Position numbers and translations under genes: made by a program. A model generated the notes under the pieces. That model searched no databases and was not told the origin of the DNA. It was given only the letters and a program-made list of their open reading frames with translations. From assembly GCF_020103695.1 (NCBI RefSeq), contig NZ_JAHXBF010000014.1, forward strand, positions 236,297-300,296: a stretch of DNA of 64,000 bases. Direction: 5' to 3'. Origin of the DNA: Hyalangium versicolor. Its GTDB lineage: Bacteria; Myxococcota; Myxococcia; Myxococcales; Myxococcaceae. Positions 33,872 to 45,855 of the stretch are shown one piece after another (the first letter of the stretch is position 1; each line of letters begins with the position of its first letter).

Positions 33872-34960
33872 ATGGCGAGACGAACCCGGCTCCGAGGCCG
33901 CTTCCAGTTGCTGGCGACCCTGCTGACCGCCATCGTCCAGCTCCCCGTGGTGCTCTGGCTCTGCTGGTTCACTCGGACGCCCGTACCTGCGCTGGGAGCG
34001 GTGTTGGTTTCGTCACCGTACCTGCGCCAGTTGCAGAGCCCCTGGCACTCCACCTCCCCTTCGCTCTCGACCTACCTGGCGCTGGGCTGGTGGGCGGCCT
34101 GCCTGGTGTTCGACCTGCTCATGATTCCCAGCGCACTGGCCGTCCGGGCAGGCGTGCCCATGGGGGTGGCCTGGGGACTGGCCGGAGCCATCTCGGTGGC
34201 CCTGGGCGTGGACGCCGTGCTCGGCCGGCCAAGGATCCGGAAGCGCGTGGTGCGAGTCCCCGGGCTCGCGCCGGAGCTAGATGGGTACCGCATCGGCCAG
34301 ATCTCGGACGTGCACTGCGGGCCGAATACCCCGGAGGATCGGGTGGCGGCCTGGGTCAAGCGCCTCAACGCGCTCGATCTCGACCTGGTCACCGTCACGG
34401 GTGATCTGATCACCCATGGCTCCTCGCACGTCGAGGCCGTCGCTCGGGCCCTGGGCGAGCTGCGCGCGAAGGATGGTGCGTTCGCATGCATGGGCAACCA
34501 CGACTACTTCACCGATGGCGAGCACCTCGTCCAGGCCCTGGAGCGACGCGGCCTCACGGTCCTGCGCAATCGCGGAGTGGTGCTGCAACGGGAGAGCGCT
34601 CGGCTGTACGTGGCCGGCGTGGACGACACCTGGACCTCGCGCCATGACGTGGGCCGGGCCCTGGCGAATCGCCCCGAGGGCGTCCCCACCGTGCTGCTCG
34701 CGCACGACCCGAACCTGTTCCCAGAGGCGCAGGCCCGTGACGTCGAGCTGACGTTGTCGGGCCACACTCACGGGGGGCAACTCGCGGTCCCGGGCGTCCG
34801 TCGCCTCTCGCTGGCCCGGTTCGTCAGCCGGTGGACCGCGGGGCTGTACCGGCAGGGGCGCTCGTGGCTCTACGTGAACCGGGGCGCTGGAACCACGGGG
34901 CCTCCGGCTCGATTGGGTGCTCCGGCCGAACTGGCGGTCATCACGCTGCGAAGCGCCTGA
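33872..34960 (+). CDS. membrane-anchored metallophosphoesterase (YkuE/YaeI-like)
   Basis: N-terminal TM helices precede calcineurin-like motifs DVHCG, GDLITHG, GNHD and GHTHGGQ. Confidence 0.8.
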   Translation: MARRTRLRGRFQLLATLLTAIVQLPVVLWLCWFTRTPVPALGAVLVSSPYLRQLQSPWHSTSPSLSTYLALGWWAACLVFDLLMIPSALAVRAGVPMGVAWGLAGAISVALGVDAVLGRPRIRKRVVRVPGLAPELDGYRIGQISDVHCGPNTPEDRVAAWVKRLNALDLDLVTVTGDLITHGSSHVEAVARALGELRAKDGAFACMGNHDYFTDGEHLVQALERRGLTVLRNRGVVLQRESARLYVAGVDDTWTSRHDVGRALANRPEGVPTVLLAHDPNLFPEAQARDVELTLSGHTHGGQLAVPGVRRLSLARFVSRWTAGLYRQGRSWLYVNRGAGTTGPPARLGAPAELAVITLRSA

Positions 34961-35020
34961 GCGCGCCCGGCTGTTGGCGAACGGGTCCGACAGGTAGACC
35001 CGTTCGCAAGCACCGGCGCC

Positions 35021-36211
35021 TCAGCTCAGCGTGGCAACGAAGTCCTTCATCCGCGACAGGCCCTTCTCGATGACCTGGCGCGAGGTGGCGAAGCTCAGCC
35101 GCAGGAAGCCCTCGGCCCCGAATGGCGCGCCCGGCATCACCGCCACCCGGAAGTCGTCCAGGAGGATCTCGGACAGCCGGCTCGAGGTGCCCACCGGCGC
35201 CCCCTTGTACGAGCGCTCCAGCAGGCCGCGCATGTCCGGGAACACGTAGAACGCGCCCTCCGGCTTGCGACAGCGGACCCCGTTCAGCGAGTTGAGCCCC
35301 GAGACGATCAGCTCCCGCCGAGCCCGAAACTCCTCCACCATGGTGGAGATGAAGTCCGTGGGGCCCTTGAGTGCCGCCAGCGCCGCCTTCTGCACCACGG
35401 AGGTGGGGTTGGACGTCGACTGGTCCTGGATCATCTGCATGCCCGCGATGAGCGGCTTCGGCCCCGCCGCGTACCCCGAGCGCCAGCCCGTCATCGAGTA
35501 CGCCTTGCTCAGGCCGTTCACCACCACCAGCCGCGGGAACAGGTCCGGCGCCACGTTGGCGATGTTCGCGAACTGGCCCTCATAGAGCAGCTTCTCGTAG
35601 ATGTCGTCGCTGACGATCAGGCAGTCGTGCCCGCGGATCGCCGAGGCGATGCCCTCCAGCGCCGCCCGCGACAGCACCGCGCCGCTGGGGTTGCTGGGGC
35701 TGTTGATCACGATGGCCCGCGTGCGCGGCGTGAGCGCCTTGCGGATGGCCTCGGGGTCCGGCGCGAAACCGTCCTCCTCGCGCGTCTGGACGAAGACGGG
35801 CTTGCCACCGGCCAGCATCACCATGTCCGGGTAGCTCACCCAGTACGGCGTGAAGATGATGACCTCGTCACCCTCGTTCAGCAGCGCCTGGAAGATGTTG
35901 TAGAGCGAGTGCTTGGCACCCGTGGACACCAGCACCTGATCCGGAGCGTAGGTGAGCTGGTTGTCCTTCTGGAGCTTGGCGCAGATGGCCTCGCGCAGCT
36001 CGGGGATACCCGCCGTCGGCGTGTACTTGGTGAAGCCCGCCTTCAAGCTGTCGATGGCGGCCTGCTTGATGAACTCGGGGGTATCGAAGTCCGGCTCGCC
36101 GGCCACGAAGCCCGCCACGTCCACACCTTGAGCCGCCAGCGCCTTCGCTCGCGCATTCAGCGCCAGCGTGGGGGACGGCTTGATCAGTTTGATGCGCTGA
36201 GCCAATTGCAT
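35021..36211 (-). CDS. class I pyridoxal-phosphate-dependent aminotransferase (aspartate/aromatic type)
   Basis: A PLP-lysine motif (NGLSKAYSMTGWRSGY) sits in an AAT_I fold across 396 aa. Confidence 0.85.
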   Translation of the reverse strand: MQLAQRIKLIKPSPTLALNARAKALAAQGVDVAGFVAGEPDFDTPEFIKQAAIDSLKAGFTKYTPTAGIPELREAICAKLQKDNQLTYAPDQVLVSTGAKHSLYNIFQALLNEGDEVIIFTPYWVSYPDMVMLAGGKPVFVQTREEDGFAPDPEAIRKALTPRTRAIVINSPSNPSGAVLSRAALEGIASAIRGHDCLIVSDDIYEKLLYEGQFANIANVAPDLFPRLVVVNGLSKAYSMTGWRSGYAAGPKPLIAGMQMIQDQSTSNPTSVVQKAALAALKGPTDFISTMVEEFRARRELIVSGLNSLNGVRCRKPEGAFYVFPDMRGLLERSYKGAPVGTSSRLSEILLDDFRVAVMPGAPFGAEGFLRLSFATSRQVIEKGLSRMKDFVATLS

Positions 36212-36262
36212 GTCCGGTTGCTACCGCGAGTTGCCCCGGCCGGACAAGCACTACCGCGTATT

Positions 36263-36745
36263 TCAGGGCTTCCGCGCGAACTTCTCCTTCAGCTTCGCGT
36301 GCACGTTCTCCGGCACCATCCCCGTCACATCCCCGCCGAACGAGGCCACTTCCCGAACGAGCTGTGACGAAATGTAGAAATAATCCTCACCCGTCATCAT
36401 GAAGACGGTCTCGATACCGGGTGCCAGCTTGCGGTTCATGTTGGCGAGCTGGAACTCGTATTCGAAGTCGGAGACGGCACGCAGCCCGCGGATCAGCACG
36501 TTCACCTTGCGGCTCTTGGCGTACTCCACCAGCAGGCCCTCGAAGTAGTCCACCTCCACGCGCTCGTCCGGGCAGGCGTCCCGGATGAGAGCGCGCCGCT
36601 CCTCCAGCGAGAAGAGTGGCACTTTCTTCGGGTTCACAGCGATGGCCACGATCAGCCGATCGAACATCTGGAGGCCGCGCTGGATGAGGCTGACGTGCCC
36701 GTTGGTGAGTGGATCGAAGGAACCTGGATAGATGGCCACCGGCAT
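36263..36745 (-). CDS. coaD: phosphopantetheine adenylyltransferase
   Basis: [12 protein letters not shown] at the N-terminus is the nucleotidyltransferase HxGH-type motif. The 160-aa length is canonical for CoaD. Confidence 0.9.
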   Translation of the reverse strand: MPVAIYPGSFDPLTNGHVSLIQRGLQMFDRLIVAIAVNPKKVPLFSLEERRALIRDACPDERVEVDYFEGLLVEYAKSRKVNVLIRGLRAVSDFEYEFQLANMNRKLAPGIETVFMMTGEDYFYISSQLVREVASFGGDVTGMVPENVHAKLKEKFARKP

Positions 36746-36778
36746 GGCGGAGGAGTCTCGGATGCCCGCAAGGGACGG

Positions 36779-37336
36779 TCAAGGAATGCGGTAGAAGCTC
36801 ACCAGCGTGTCTCCGAACCGGCGCTGATCGTCCCGGGCGAAGCCTTCATGAGACTCCGGAGCTGGCTCGCGTTTATCGTGCTCGATGACAAGTAGCCCTC
36901 CGGGCGCCAGCAGCCCCGCCCTCCCCACCTGCTCCAGCACTTCCTCCACCACCCGCGCCGCATACGGTGGATCCGCGAAGATGAGCTCGAAGCGCTCGCC
37001 CCGTTTGCCCAGCGCCTCCACCGCTCGCGCCACCGGCTGACCGAGGACCTCTACCTGGGACGTGAACCCCAGCGCCTCCGTGTTCTGCCGGCACAGCCCG
37101 AGCGCCTCGCGGTCCGAGTCCACCAGCACCGCGCGCCCCGCTCCGCGTGAAAGCGCTTCCAACGCCAGTGCGCCCGTGCCCGCGTAGAGGTCCAGCACGG
37201 TCTGTCCCTCCAGCCACTGGCCGAGCACGTTGAAGAGCGTCTCGCGCACGCGGTCCGCCGTGGGGCGGATGTGCCGGGACGTCGTCTTGGGCCCTTGGAT
37301 CGCGCGGCCCTTCGCACTGCCTGCGACGATGCGCAT
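36779..37336 (-). CDS. rsmD: 16S rRNA (guanine966-N2)-methyltransferase RsmD
   Basis: A SAM-binding motif (VLDLYAGTGALALEALSRGA) and the DPPY catalytic motif (IFADPPYA) are present. Confidence 0.85.
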   Translation of the reverse strand: MRIVAGSAKGRAIQGPKTTSRHIRPTADRVRETLFNVLGQWLEGQTVLDLYAGTGALALEALSRGAGRAVLVDSDREALGLCRQNTEALGFTSQVEVLGQPVARAVEALGKRGERFELIFADPPYAARVVEEVLEQVGRAGLLAPGGLLVIEHDKREPAPESHEGFARDDQRRFGDTLVSFYRIP

Positions 37337-37340
37337 CGGC

Positions 37341-38384
37341 TCAATCGCCCCGGTTCTCGGCCAGCCACACCATGGAGCGCCATCCCGTCCGGGACACGCC
37401 CAGCAGGGACAGCACCTCGGTGGCCTCCGTGAAGGTCAGCGCCTCCAGCTTGTCGCGCGCGGCGGACTCCAACGGAGGCAATTGCTCCTCGATGAGCCCC
37501 AGCAATTCGCCGGGCGGAACACCCGTGGCCTCCGCCTTCTGCTCCACGACGCCCCGAGCCTCCGCCGGCCATGCGGCCAGAGCGATACGCTCGAAGGGGC
37601 CCGCGCAGTCCACCTTGCGTACCCCGGCGGCGACAAAGGTCGGCAGCGATCGCAGCGATCGCTCCCCCACCTCCGCCACCGTCACGCTCACGCCGTACTC
37701 CGTGGCCAGCTCCACCAGCAGGTGCAGCATCCCCACGTCGAGGTCCTCTTCGCCAAACGCCGACGACGGCACCCGCAGGAATCGAACCGGCACGCCGCCC
37801 TTGCTCAACCCCTCGAGCAACGGACGGGCCTTGTCCGTCACGGTATCCCACTCCTGGGCGGAGGCCGGCAGGGTGACTTCCAGGGGCAGCTCGCGCTCTC
37901 GCAGGGGCGCGGACAACGAGCGGACCACCTCCACCGCCGAAGCCGCGTCCAGCCGGGATACATCCAGCGACACCAGGGAGAACCCGTCATCCACCAGCCG
38001 GAAGATGGCCTCCTGCTGCACGGCCACGCCCTCCGGCTTGGGTTTGGCCACGCGCACCGGCCCGGCCTGCAGGAAGAGCGGGCGCGCATGCTCCGACTCC
38101 GCGGCGGCGGCCTTCACGGTGGCCAGGAAGCGCTCGGTGGCGCCTCGATCCGCCAGCGGGTGCGAGCACGCCAACCCCAGCACCGAGTCCTCGGCCCGCG
38201 CCGCCGCCAACAACCCCGGTACGGACGCCTTGGCCCGCACGGGGATGCAGGGCAGCGCCACCGGAGCGCCCTCCAGGGCCCGGAGCAGCTCGCTCGGGCT
38301 GAGCAGCGGCAACCGGGAGCCCTGCCCCAGCCGTGCCACCGCGTTCGCTGGCCGTAGCGCCAGCACCTTGTCCAGCACACTCAT
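37341..38384 (-). CDS. hypothetical protein
   Basis: The ORF is open to 38435. I recognise no motif. It lies 5 nt upstream of rsmD in the same operon. Confidence 0.45.
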   Translation of the reverse strand: MSVLDKVLALRPANAVARLGQGSRLPLLSPSELLRALEGAPVALPCIPVRAKASVPGLLAAARAEDSVLGLACSHPLADRGATERFLATVKAAAAESEHARPLFLQAGPVRVAKPKPEGVAVQQEAIFRLVDDGFSLVSLDVSRLDAASAVEVVRSLSAPLRERELPLEVTLPASAQEWDTVTDKARPLLEGLSKGGVPVRFLRVPSSAFGEEDLDVGMLHLLVELATEYGVSVTVAEVGERSLRSLPTFVAAGVRKVDCAGPFERIALAAWPAEARGVVEQKAEATGVPPGELLGLIEEQLPPLESAARDKLEALTFTEATEVLSLLGVSRTGWRSMVWLAENRGD

Positions 38385-38490
38385 CGGCCGACGAGGATGG
38401 TCCGACTCTCTGGCCTCTGCAAGACAACTGCGCACGGAGCGTCGTCTCCCTACCGGTCAGGTCCGCCTGGAGGGAGCCCCGCCGCGGGCC

Positions 38491-39537
38491 TCAGTGCACC
38501 TCACCCACGTGGGCGTAGGCCTCGCTCTCGATCTGGATCGTGGTGTGATCGATCCCGAACCGATCGAACAGCTCGTGCTTCACCGCCGAGAGGATCTCAT
38601 CGTTGTTGCACGCCAGCGCGTTCACCACCACCAGGTGCACCGAGAGTGCGTACAACCCGCTGGAGATCGTCCACACGTGGAGATCGTGCACGGCGCTCAC
38701 GCCGTTGACGTTCAGCAGCAGCCCGCGCACCGCCTCGAGATCCACGTGGGCGGGCACGGCCTCCAGCAGCACGTCCACCGCGTCCTTCACGAGCCGGATG
38801 GCGCCCACCACGATCACCACCGAGATGAGCACGGAGATGATTGGATCCACGACGAACCAGCCCGTCAGGGCCATGATCCCCGCGCCCGCGAGCACGCCCA
38901 CGCTGGACAGGGTGTCCCCGAGCACGTGCAGGAACGCTCCACGCACGTTCAGCGAGTGCGTCCGGTGCAGGAAGCCCAGCGCGCCCAGGTTCGCCACCAG
39001 GCCCACCAGCGCCACCACCGCCATGGTGCCCAGGTTCACGGGCGTCGGCGTGCGGAAACGCTCCCAGGCCTCGATGACGATCACCACCGTGATCCCCAAC
39101 AGCAGCACGCCATTGAACAGCGCGCTGAGGATCTCCATCCGGTAGTACCCGTACGTCTTCTTCACGGTGGCCGGCTTGCCCGCGAACCACAGCGCCAGCA
39201 GGCTCAGCGCCAGCGCCGACACATCCGTGAGCATGTGGCCCGCGTCGGACATCAACGCCAGCGAGTTCGTCAGGAAGCCGCCCACCGCCTCGGCCAGCGC
39301 GATCGTCGCCGTCAGCACCAGCGCGAACAGCAGCCGGTTCCGATCCTTGCGCCGCTCGTCCGCCAGGTTGGACGGCCTGCGAGGCGGGTGACCGTGCCCA
39401 TGACCGTGCCCATGGTCATGATCGTGGTCATGGTCATGCCCGGCATGATCATGCCCGTGTCCGCCACTGTGGGCCTGCCTCGAACCGCCTCGGTTATGCG
39501 CCGATGTAGTCACGGGAGAGAACCCTGCGGACAGCAC
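38491..39537 (-). CDS. cation diffusion facilitator (CDF) metal exporter with an N-terminal His-rich metal-binding tail
   Basis: Six TM helices, a conserved HxxxD-type site in TM2/TM5 (LMSDAGHMLTDVS, LHVLGDTLSSV) and a C-terminal cytoplasmic domain are present. The N-terminal tail reads HGHDHAGHDHDHDHDHGHGHGHGH. Confidence 0.85.
   Translation of the reverse strand: MLSAGFSPVTTSAHNRGGSRQAHSGGHGHDHAGHDHDHDHDHGHGHGHGHPPRRPSNLADERRKDRNRLLFALVLTATIALAEAVGGFLTNSLALMSDAGHMLTDVSALALSLLALWFAGKPATVKKTYGYYRMEILSALFNGVLLLGITVVIVIEAWERFRTPTPVNLGTMAVVALVGLVANLGALGFLHRTHSLNVRGAFLHVLGDTLSSVGVLAGAGIMALTGWFVVDPIISVLISVVIVVGAIRLVKDAVDVLLEAVPAHVDLEAVRGLLLNVNGVSAVHDLHVWTISSGLYALSVHLVVVNALACNNDEILSAVKHELFDRFGIDHTTIQIESEAYAHVGEVH
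39375..39470 (-). repeat. simple-sequence (catggt/catgat/catggg) repeat encoding the His-Gly/His-Asp tail of the CDF transporter
   Basis: The plus strand reads ccgtgcccatgaccgtgcccatggtcatgatcgtggtcatggtcatgcccggcatgatcatgcccgtg, a microsatellite-like region with slippage potential. Confidence 0.7.
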
Positions 39538-39626
39538 GCCGCTCTCAGTATATGAGCATCGGCTGAAATTCGGACACTCAGCGGCCCCGAGATGTCCTGG
39601 CCCCGGACAAGGGGACGAGGAGCGGG

Positions 39627-41207
<1,581 letters not shown>

Positions 41208-41211
41208 GCCC

Positions 41212-42138
41212 ATGAGCCACTACTTCCGTCAGGACTTTCTGCGCGTGCCCGATGGGGCCGAGCTCTACTTCCAGGTGCTCGGCGAGGGCGAACCGGGGAT
41301 GGTGCTCTGCGATGGGCTCGGGTGCGATGGCTTCGCCTGGAAATACCTCACGCCCTACCTGGCCCGGCAGCACCGCGTGCTGCGCTGGCACTACCGCGGC
41401 CATGGCCGCTCCGGGCTGCCGCAGGATCGCACCCGCTTCGGCATGCTCTACACCTGCGAGGACCTGGACCGCCTCATGGACGCGGCCGAGGTGAAGCAGG
41501 GCATCATCTTCGGCCACTCCATGGGCGTGCAGGTGGCCCTGGAGTTCCACCGCCGCTACGCCCACCGCGTCCGGGGCCTGGTGCTCATCTGCGGCAGCTA
41601 CGGCAACCCGCTGGACACCTTCCACGACTCCACCTACCTCAAGCGCGTCTTCCCCCTCATCCGCCACCTCGTGGAGCGCTACCCGCAGCGGGCCAGCCGG
41701 CTCATCCACTCGCTGCTGAGGACGGAGCTGGCCATGCAGGTGGCCCTCACCGTGGAGGTGAACCGCGATCTGCTCTCTCGCGCCGACTTCGCCCCCTACT
41801 TCGAGCACCTGGCCAACATGGATCCCGTGGTCTTCGTCCGGACGCTGGACTCCATGGCCAACCACACCGCCTGGGACCACCTGCCCCACGTGGACGTACC
41901 TACGCTCATCGTCGCCGGCGAGCGGGACAAGTTCACCCCAGCCTGGCTGTCCCGGAAGATGGCCGAGCGCATCCCCGACGCCGAGCTGATGCTCGTACCC
42001 TTGGGTACCCACACCACGCCCCTGGAGTACAAAGAGCTGGTGGAGCTGCGAGTCGAGCGCTTCCTGCGCGACCGGCTGGGCATCCAGCTGCCCTCGGGGG
42101 CTCGCCTGCCCCCCGAGAGGGATGTCACGTCTCGGTAG
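41212..42138 (+). CDS. alpha/beta-fold hydrolase
   Basis: A GHSMG nucleophile elbow (IIFGHSMGVQVAL) and C-terminal Asp/His (GERDKF, GTHTTP) are present. It starts 5 nt after the bEBP gene, probably co-transcribed. Confidence 0.75.
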   Translation: MSHYFRQDFLRVPDGAELYFQVLGEGEPGMVLCDGLGCDGFAWKYLTPYLARQHRVLRWHYRGHGRSGLPQDRTRFGMLYTCEDLDRLMDAAEVKQGIIFGHSMGVQVALEFHRRYAHRVRGLVLICGSYGNPLDTFHDSTYLKRVFPLIRHLVERYPQRASRLIHSLLRTELAMQVALTVEVNRDLLSRADFAPYFEHLANMDPVVFVRTLDSMANHTAWDHLPHVDVPTLIVAGERDKFTPAWLSRKMAERIPDAELMLVPLGTHTTPLEYKELVELRVERFLRDRLGIQLPSGARLPPERDVTSR

Positions 42139-42149
42139 CACCCGGCGGG

Positions 42150-42200
42150 AGGTCGGGGGATACCCCAGCGGGGGAAGCCTGCTTCCCCGCCCCCCTGGAC
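42150..42200 (+). terminator. GC-rich hairpins immediately after the alpha/beta-hydrolase stop, putative factor-independent terminator without a clear U-tract
   Basis: GGGGAAG-CCTG-CTTCCCC (stem 7, loop 4) sits at 42171-42188, preceded by GGGGGATACCCC. It lies 12-60 nt after the stop at 42138. Confidence 0.4.
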
Positions 42201-42354
42201 TCTGAGAGAGGGCCCCCTGGGGCTCAAAGTACCGGCGTTCATTGCGGACGGGGGGGCTGCGGCATATAAGCCCCCGCCTCGTGCGTTCCGGTGGGATTCG
42301 GGGCGTTTCTGTTCCACGGAAGGCCCTGCCCTTCAGCATTGATTCTTCGTCCGT

Positions 42355-44196
42355 ATGATTGCTCGCGAAAACATCCGAAACGTCGCCATCGTCGCTCACG
42401 TTGACCATGGCAAGACCACTCTCGTCGATCACATGCTCCGCCAGGCGGGCATCTTCCGCACCAACGAGGCCGTCGTTGAGCGAGTGATGGACTCCAACGA
42501 CCTCGAGCGCGAGAAGGGCATCACCATCCTCGCGAAGAACACGGCCGTTACCTACAAGGGCCACCAGATCAACATCATCGACACGCCGGGCCACGCGGAC
42601 TTCGGCGGCGAGGTGGAGCGCGGCCTGCGTCTGGTGGATGGCGTCATCCTGCTGGTGGACGCCGCCGAGGGCCCCCTGCCCCAGACGCGCTTTGTGCTCA
42701 GCAAGGCGCTGGGCATGGGCCTGAAGACGGTGCTGGTCATCAACAAGATCGACCGCCAGGACGCTCGGGCCAAGGAAGTGCTGGATCAGGTGTACTCGCT
42801 GTACATCGATCTGGGCGCGGATGACACGCAGCTCGAGATGCCGGTGCTCTACACGATCGCCCGCCAGGGTCAGGCGTCCACGCAGCTGGACGTGCCGGGC
42901 AAGACGCTGGAGCCCCTGTTCTCGGCGATCCTCGAGCACATCTCTCCCCCGCCCCAGAGCACGGAGACCGTTCCGCAGCTGCTGGTGGCCAACCTGGACT
43001 ACGACGACTACGTGGGCCGCCTCGCGGTGGGCCGCATCCTGTCGGGCCGGCTGACCCCGAACATGCCGGTGTCCGTGGTGCGTGAGGGCGGCAAGATCGA
43101 GAAGGGCAAGATCGTGAAGCTGTACGGCTTCTCGGGCCTGAAGCGCACCGAGATCGCCGACGCGGGCCCTGGGGAGATCGTCTCCATCGCGGGCATCGAG
43201 GACATCTCCATCGGAGACACGATCTCGGACATCGAGAAGCCGGTGGCCCTGCCGCGCATCACCGTGGAAGAGCCCACGATGATGATGATCTTCCGGGTGA
43301 ATGACGGGCCTTTGGCGGGCAAGGAGGGCAAGTACGTCACCTCTCGCCAGCTGCGTGAACGTCTGTACCGCGAGTCCTACCGCAACGTGGCCATCCGCGT
43401 GGAGGACACGGCGACGCCGGATGCCTTCAGGGTGGTGGGCCGTGGTGAGCTCCAGTTGGCGGTCATCATCGAGACGATGCGCCGCGAGGGCTACGAGCTG
43501 ACGGCGTCGAACCCGGAGCCGATCACCAAGGAGGTCGAGGGCCAGGTCCACGAGCCGATGGAGCTCTTGGTGTGCGACGTGCCCGAGAACAGCGTGGGCT
43601 CGGTGACGGAGCGGCTGGGGCCTCGCAAGGGGCGCATGGTGGACATGACGCAGCTGGGCTCGGGCCGCACGCGGCTCCAGTTCCGCATCCCGGCGCGTGG
43701 GCTCATTGGCTTCCGCTCGGAGTTCCTCACGATCACGCGTGGTGAGGGCATCATGAGCAGCCAGTTCGACGGGTACGAGCCGTGGTTCGGCTACATCCCG
43801 AAGCGCAGCAACGGCGCGATGGTGTCCGACCGGTTGGGCGAGACGGTGCCCTACGCTCTGTTCAGCATCCAGGAGCGCGGGGCGCTCTTCATTGGCGCGG
43901 GCGTGACGGTGTACGAGGGGATGATCATCGGCGAGCACGCCCACCCCTCCGAGCTGAACGTGAACTGCTGCCGCGAGAAGAAGCTCACGAACATCCGCGC
44001 CGCGGGCCGTGACGAGAACGTCATCCTGACTCCGCCGCGAGAGATGGGGCTGGAGAAGGCGCTGGAGTGGATCGCCGACGACGAGCTGGTGGAGGTGACG
44101 CCGAAGTCGGTGCGCCTGCGCAAGAAGGCACTCGCGGTGGGCGAGCGCTACCGCGCCGAGCGCGACCGCAAGCGCGAGGAGCGCGAAGAGGCGTAA
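42355..44196 (+). CDS. typA: translational GTPase TypA/BipA
   Basis: G1 is [10 protein letters not shown], followed by DTPGHADF and NKID. The EF-G-like domains and characteristic TypA C-terminal domain are recognisable across 613 aa. Confidence 0.95.
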   Translation: MIARENIRNVAIVAHVDHGKTTLVDHMLRQAGIFRTNEAVVERVMDSNDLEREKGITILAKNTAVTYKGHQINIIDTPGHADFGGEVERGLRLVDGVILLVDAAEGPLPQTRFVLSKALGMGLKTVLVINKIDRQDARAKEVLDQVYSLYIDLGADDTQLEMPVLYTIARQGQASTQLDVPGKTLEPLFSAILEHISPPPQSTETVPQLLVANLDYDDYVGRLAVGRILSGRLTPNMPVSVVREGGKIEKGKIVKLYGFSGLKRTEIADAGPGEIVSIAGIEDISIGDTISDIEKPVALPRITVEEPTMMMIFRVNDGPLAGKEGKYVTSRQLRERLYRESYRNVAIRVEDTATPDAFRVVGRGELQLAVIIETMRREGYELTASNPEPITKEVEGQVHEPMELLVCDVPENSVGSVTERLGPRKGRMVDMTQLGSGRTRLQFRIPARGLIGFRSEFLTITRGEGIMSSQFDGYEPWFGYIPKRSNGAMVSDRLGETVPYALFSIQERGALFIGAGVTVYEGMIIGEHAHPSELNVNCCREKKLTNIRAAGRDENVILTPPREMGLEKALEWIADDELVEVTPKSVRLRKKALAVGERYRAERDRKREEREEA

Positions 44197-44211
44197 CGAA
44201 GGGACCTGGGC

Positions 44212-44760
44212 TCAGGCCCAAAGCCGAGCCAGGTCCAGCTCGAGTGCCTCGAAGGGCGCTGCGCGCACGCGAACTGCGCCCTCATGCACGCCGAGCTGCA
44301 CGTAGCGGCCCTCCCCGAGTCGCAGCACTTCCAACGTGCGCGCCTCGGGATCCACCAACCACAGGTGACCCACCCCTTCTCGGGCATAGACAGGCACTTT
44401 GACCTTCCGGTCCAGGCGTGACGTAGAGGGAGAGAGCACTTCGCAGGCCCAGTCGGGAGCCAGATTGAACGCGGCTCCTTTCGGCAGCACAGGGAGCCGC
44501 TCACGCCGCCATCCGGCCAGGTCCGGCACCAACACGTCCTGGCCCAGGTGCAGCTCGGGCTCATCGAGAAGGAGCCAGCCGCCGGGACCTCCCTCCCCTA
44601 GATCGAATGGACCTCCCAGCATGACTCCCAACCGCGAGGAGGCAAATGCGTGAGGGACTGCCGGTCGAGGGCTGGCGTATAGCTCCCCGGCGATGATCTC
44701 CCCCACCACACCTGCGGGAAGCGCTTCGAGATCCGCATATGTGGCGGGTTTGCGTCCCAT
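44212..44760 (-). CDS. Uma2-family (DUF820) endonuclease-like protein
   Basis: Conserved Uma2 blocks are present (VPDLAGWRRERLP, PDWACEVLSPST, YAREGVGHLWLVDP). The start is chosen at MGRKPATYADLEALP; the ORF is open to 44799. Confidence 0.65.
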   Translation of the reverse strand: MGRKPATYADLEALPAGVVGEIIAGELYASPRPAVPHAFASSRLGVMLGGPFDLGEGGPGGWLLLDEPELHLGQDVLVPDLAGWRRERLPVLPKGAAFNLAPDWACEVLSPSTSRLDRKVKVPVYAREGVGHLWLVDPEARTLEVLRLGEGRYVQLGVHEGAVRVRAAPFEALELDLARLWA

Positions 44761-44926
44761 TGCTTCCCCATGTTCCCCAACACCCATCCCCATTTCCATG
44801 AGGAGGGTCTAACACTTGGGTCTGACGCTGTAGGTTGCGCCAGTGCTTCCTACCCTTCAGGTTGCATCTGGCTCCCATCAAACGCAAGAGACAGCATCCC
44901 TCATTCGGGGCTCCCCCGAGCTGAGC

Positions 44927-45490
44927 TCAGCGCGCCCAGAGCTTGCCCAGCTCGAGTGCAAGCGCTTCGAAGGGCTCGGCACGCACCTCTAATGCCCCTA
45001 CGTGCGTGCCCAGCATCAACCACCGTCCCCCCTCCAATCGGTAGACCTCGAGCATCTGCGCTGCCGGATCCACCAACCACACGTGCTTCACGCCTTCGCG
45101 GGCGTACACTCCCATCTTTCGTCCGCGATCCAGCACCGTCGTAGAAGGCGAGAGCACCTCACAGACCCAGTCTGGTGGAAGCTTGAAGCCCACGGTGTCC
45201 GGCATCTCCGGCATCCGCTCGCGCCGCCACCCCGCCATGTCGGGAACCAGGACGTCCTTCCTCAGATGCAACTCCGGCTCGAACAGGAGCAGCCATCCCC
45301 CAGGACCGCCCTTCCCATGCCCAAACGGCCCCATCAGCTCGCCTGCCAGCACCGTCGTCGCCAGTGCGTGCCGTGATGCAGGCCTCGGGCTCACGTAGAG
45401 CTCGCCCCCCACCAGCTCACCTACGACGTTGGATGGAAGCTTCTCCAGATCCTCGTAAGTTGCGCCGCTCCGAGGCGACTGGTCGCTCAT
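44927..45490 (-). CDS. Uma2-family (DUF820) endonuclease-like protein, tandem paralog of the preceding gene
   Basis: The same conserved blocks are present (VPDMAGWRRERMP, PDWVCEVLSPST, YAREGVKHVWLVDP). It is about 55-60% identical to the adjacent gene by eye. Confidence 0.65.
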   Translation of the reverse strand: MSDQSPRSGATYEDLEKLPSNVVGELVGGELYVSPRPASRHALATTVLAGELMGPFGHGKGGPGGWLLLFEPELHLRKDVLVPDMAGWRRERMPEMPDTVGFKLPPDWVCEVLSPSTTVLDRGRKMGVYAREGVKHVWLVDPAAQMLEVYRLEGGRWLMLGTHVGALEVRAEPFEALALELGKLWAR

Positions 45491-45855
45491 GCGCCCAGGA
45501 TGCTATGCGCCCTTGGCAACCGCAAGCCCCTCCTCCCACACCCCACCCGCTTGCTCATTCATGCAGCCAGGATGGATCCTACCTCTGACATCCTGTGAAC
45601 CACGCCCCAGTCAAGAGGTCACCGTCGGGCTGGCGCTCCGTGAGCGGAATCGAAGCGGGCTCCTCATGCAGGAACTCCGCCTCCAGACTCCGTCCGCAGG
45701 GAACTCGACTCGGGACTCGCTCGTGGAATCCCAGAGTCACGGCACTTCCAGACAAAGAGGAGCGGACAACCCACTCTCCACTTGCCGCACTTCAGGAATC
45801 ACCTGCCCAGGAGGGAGGAGTCTGGCTCCTCACCTCCAGGCTTCCCACGTCCCGG

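Noticed and set aside
37372-39555. 727-aa plus-strand ORF overlapping the hypothetical gene and the CDF transporter
   Set aside because: It is a Ser/Thr/Arg/Ala-rich antisense artefact. The CDF transporter on the minus strand has clear TM topology and motifs.
42139-42354. Possible riboswitch, tRNA or structured RNA in the typA leader
   Set aside because: The stem-loops there (GGGGAAG/CTTCCCC, GGGGGCT/AGCCCCC) are better explained as the upstream gene's terminator and GC-rich leader. No cloverleaf or known riboswitch consensus is recognisable.
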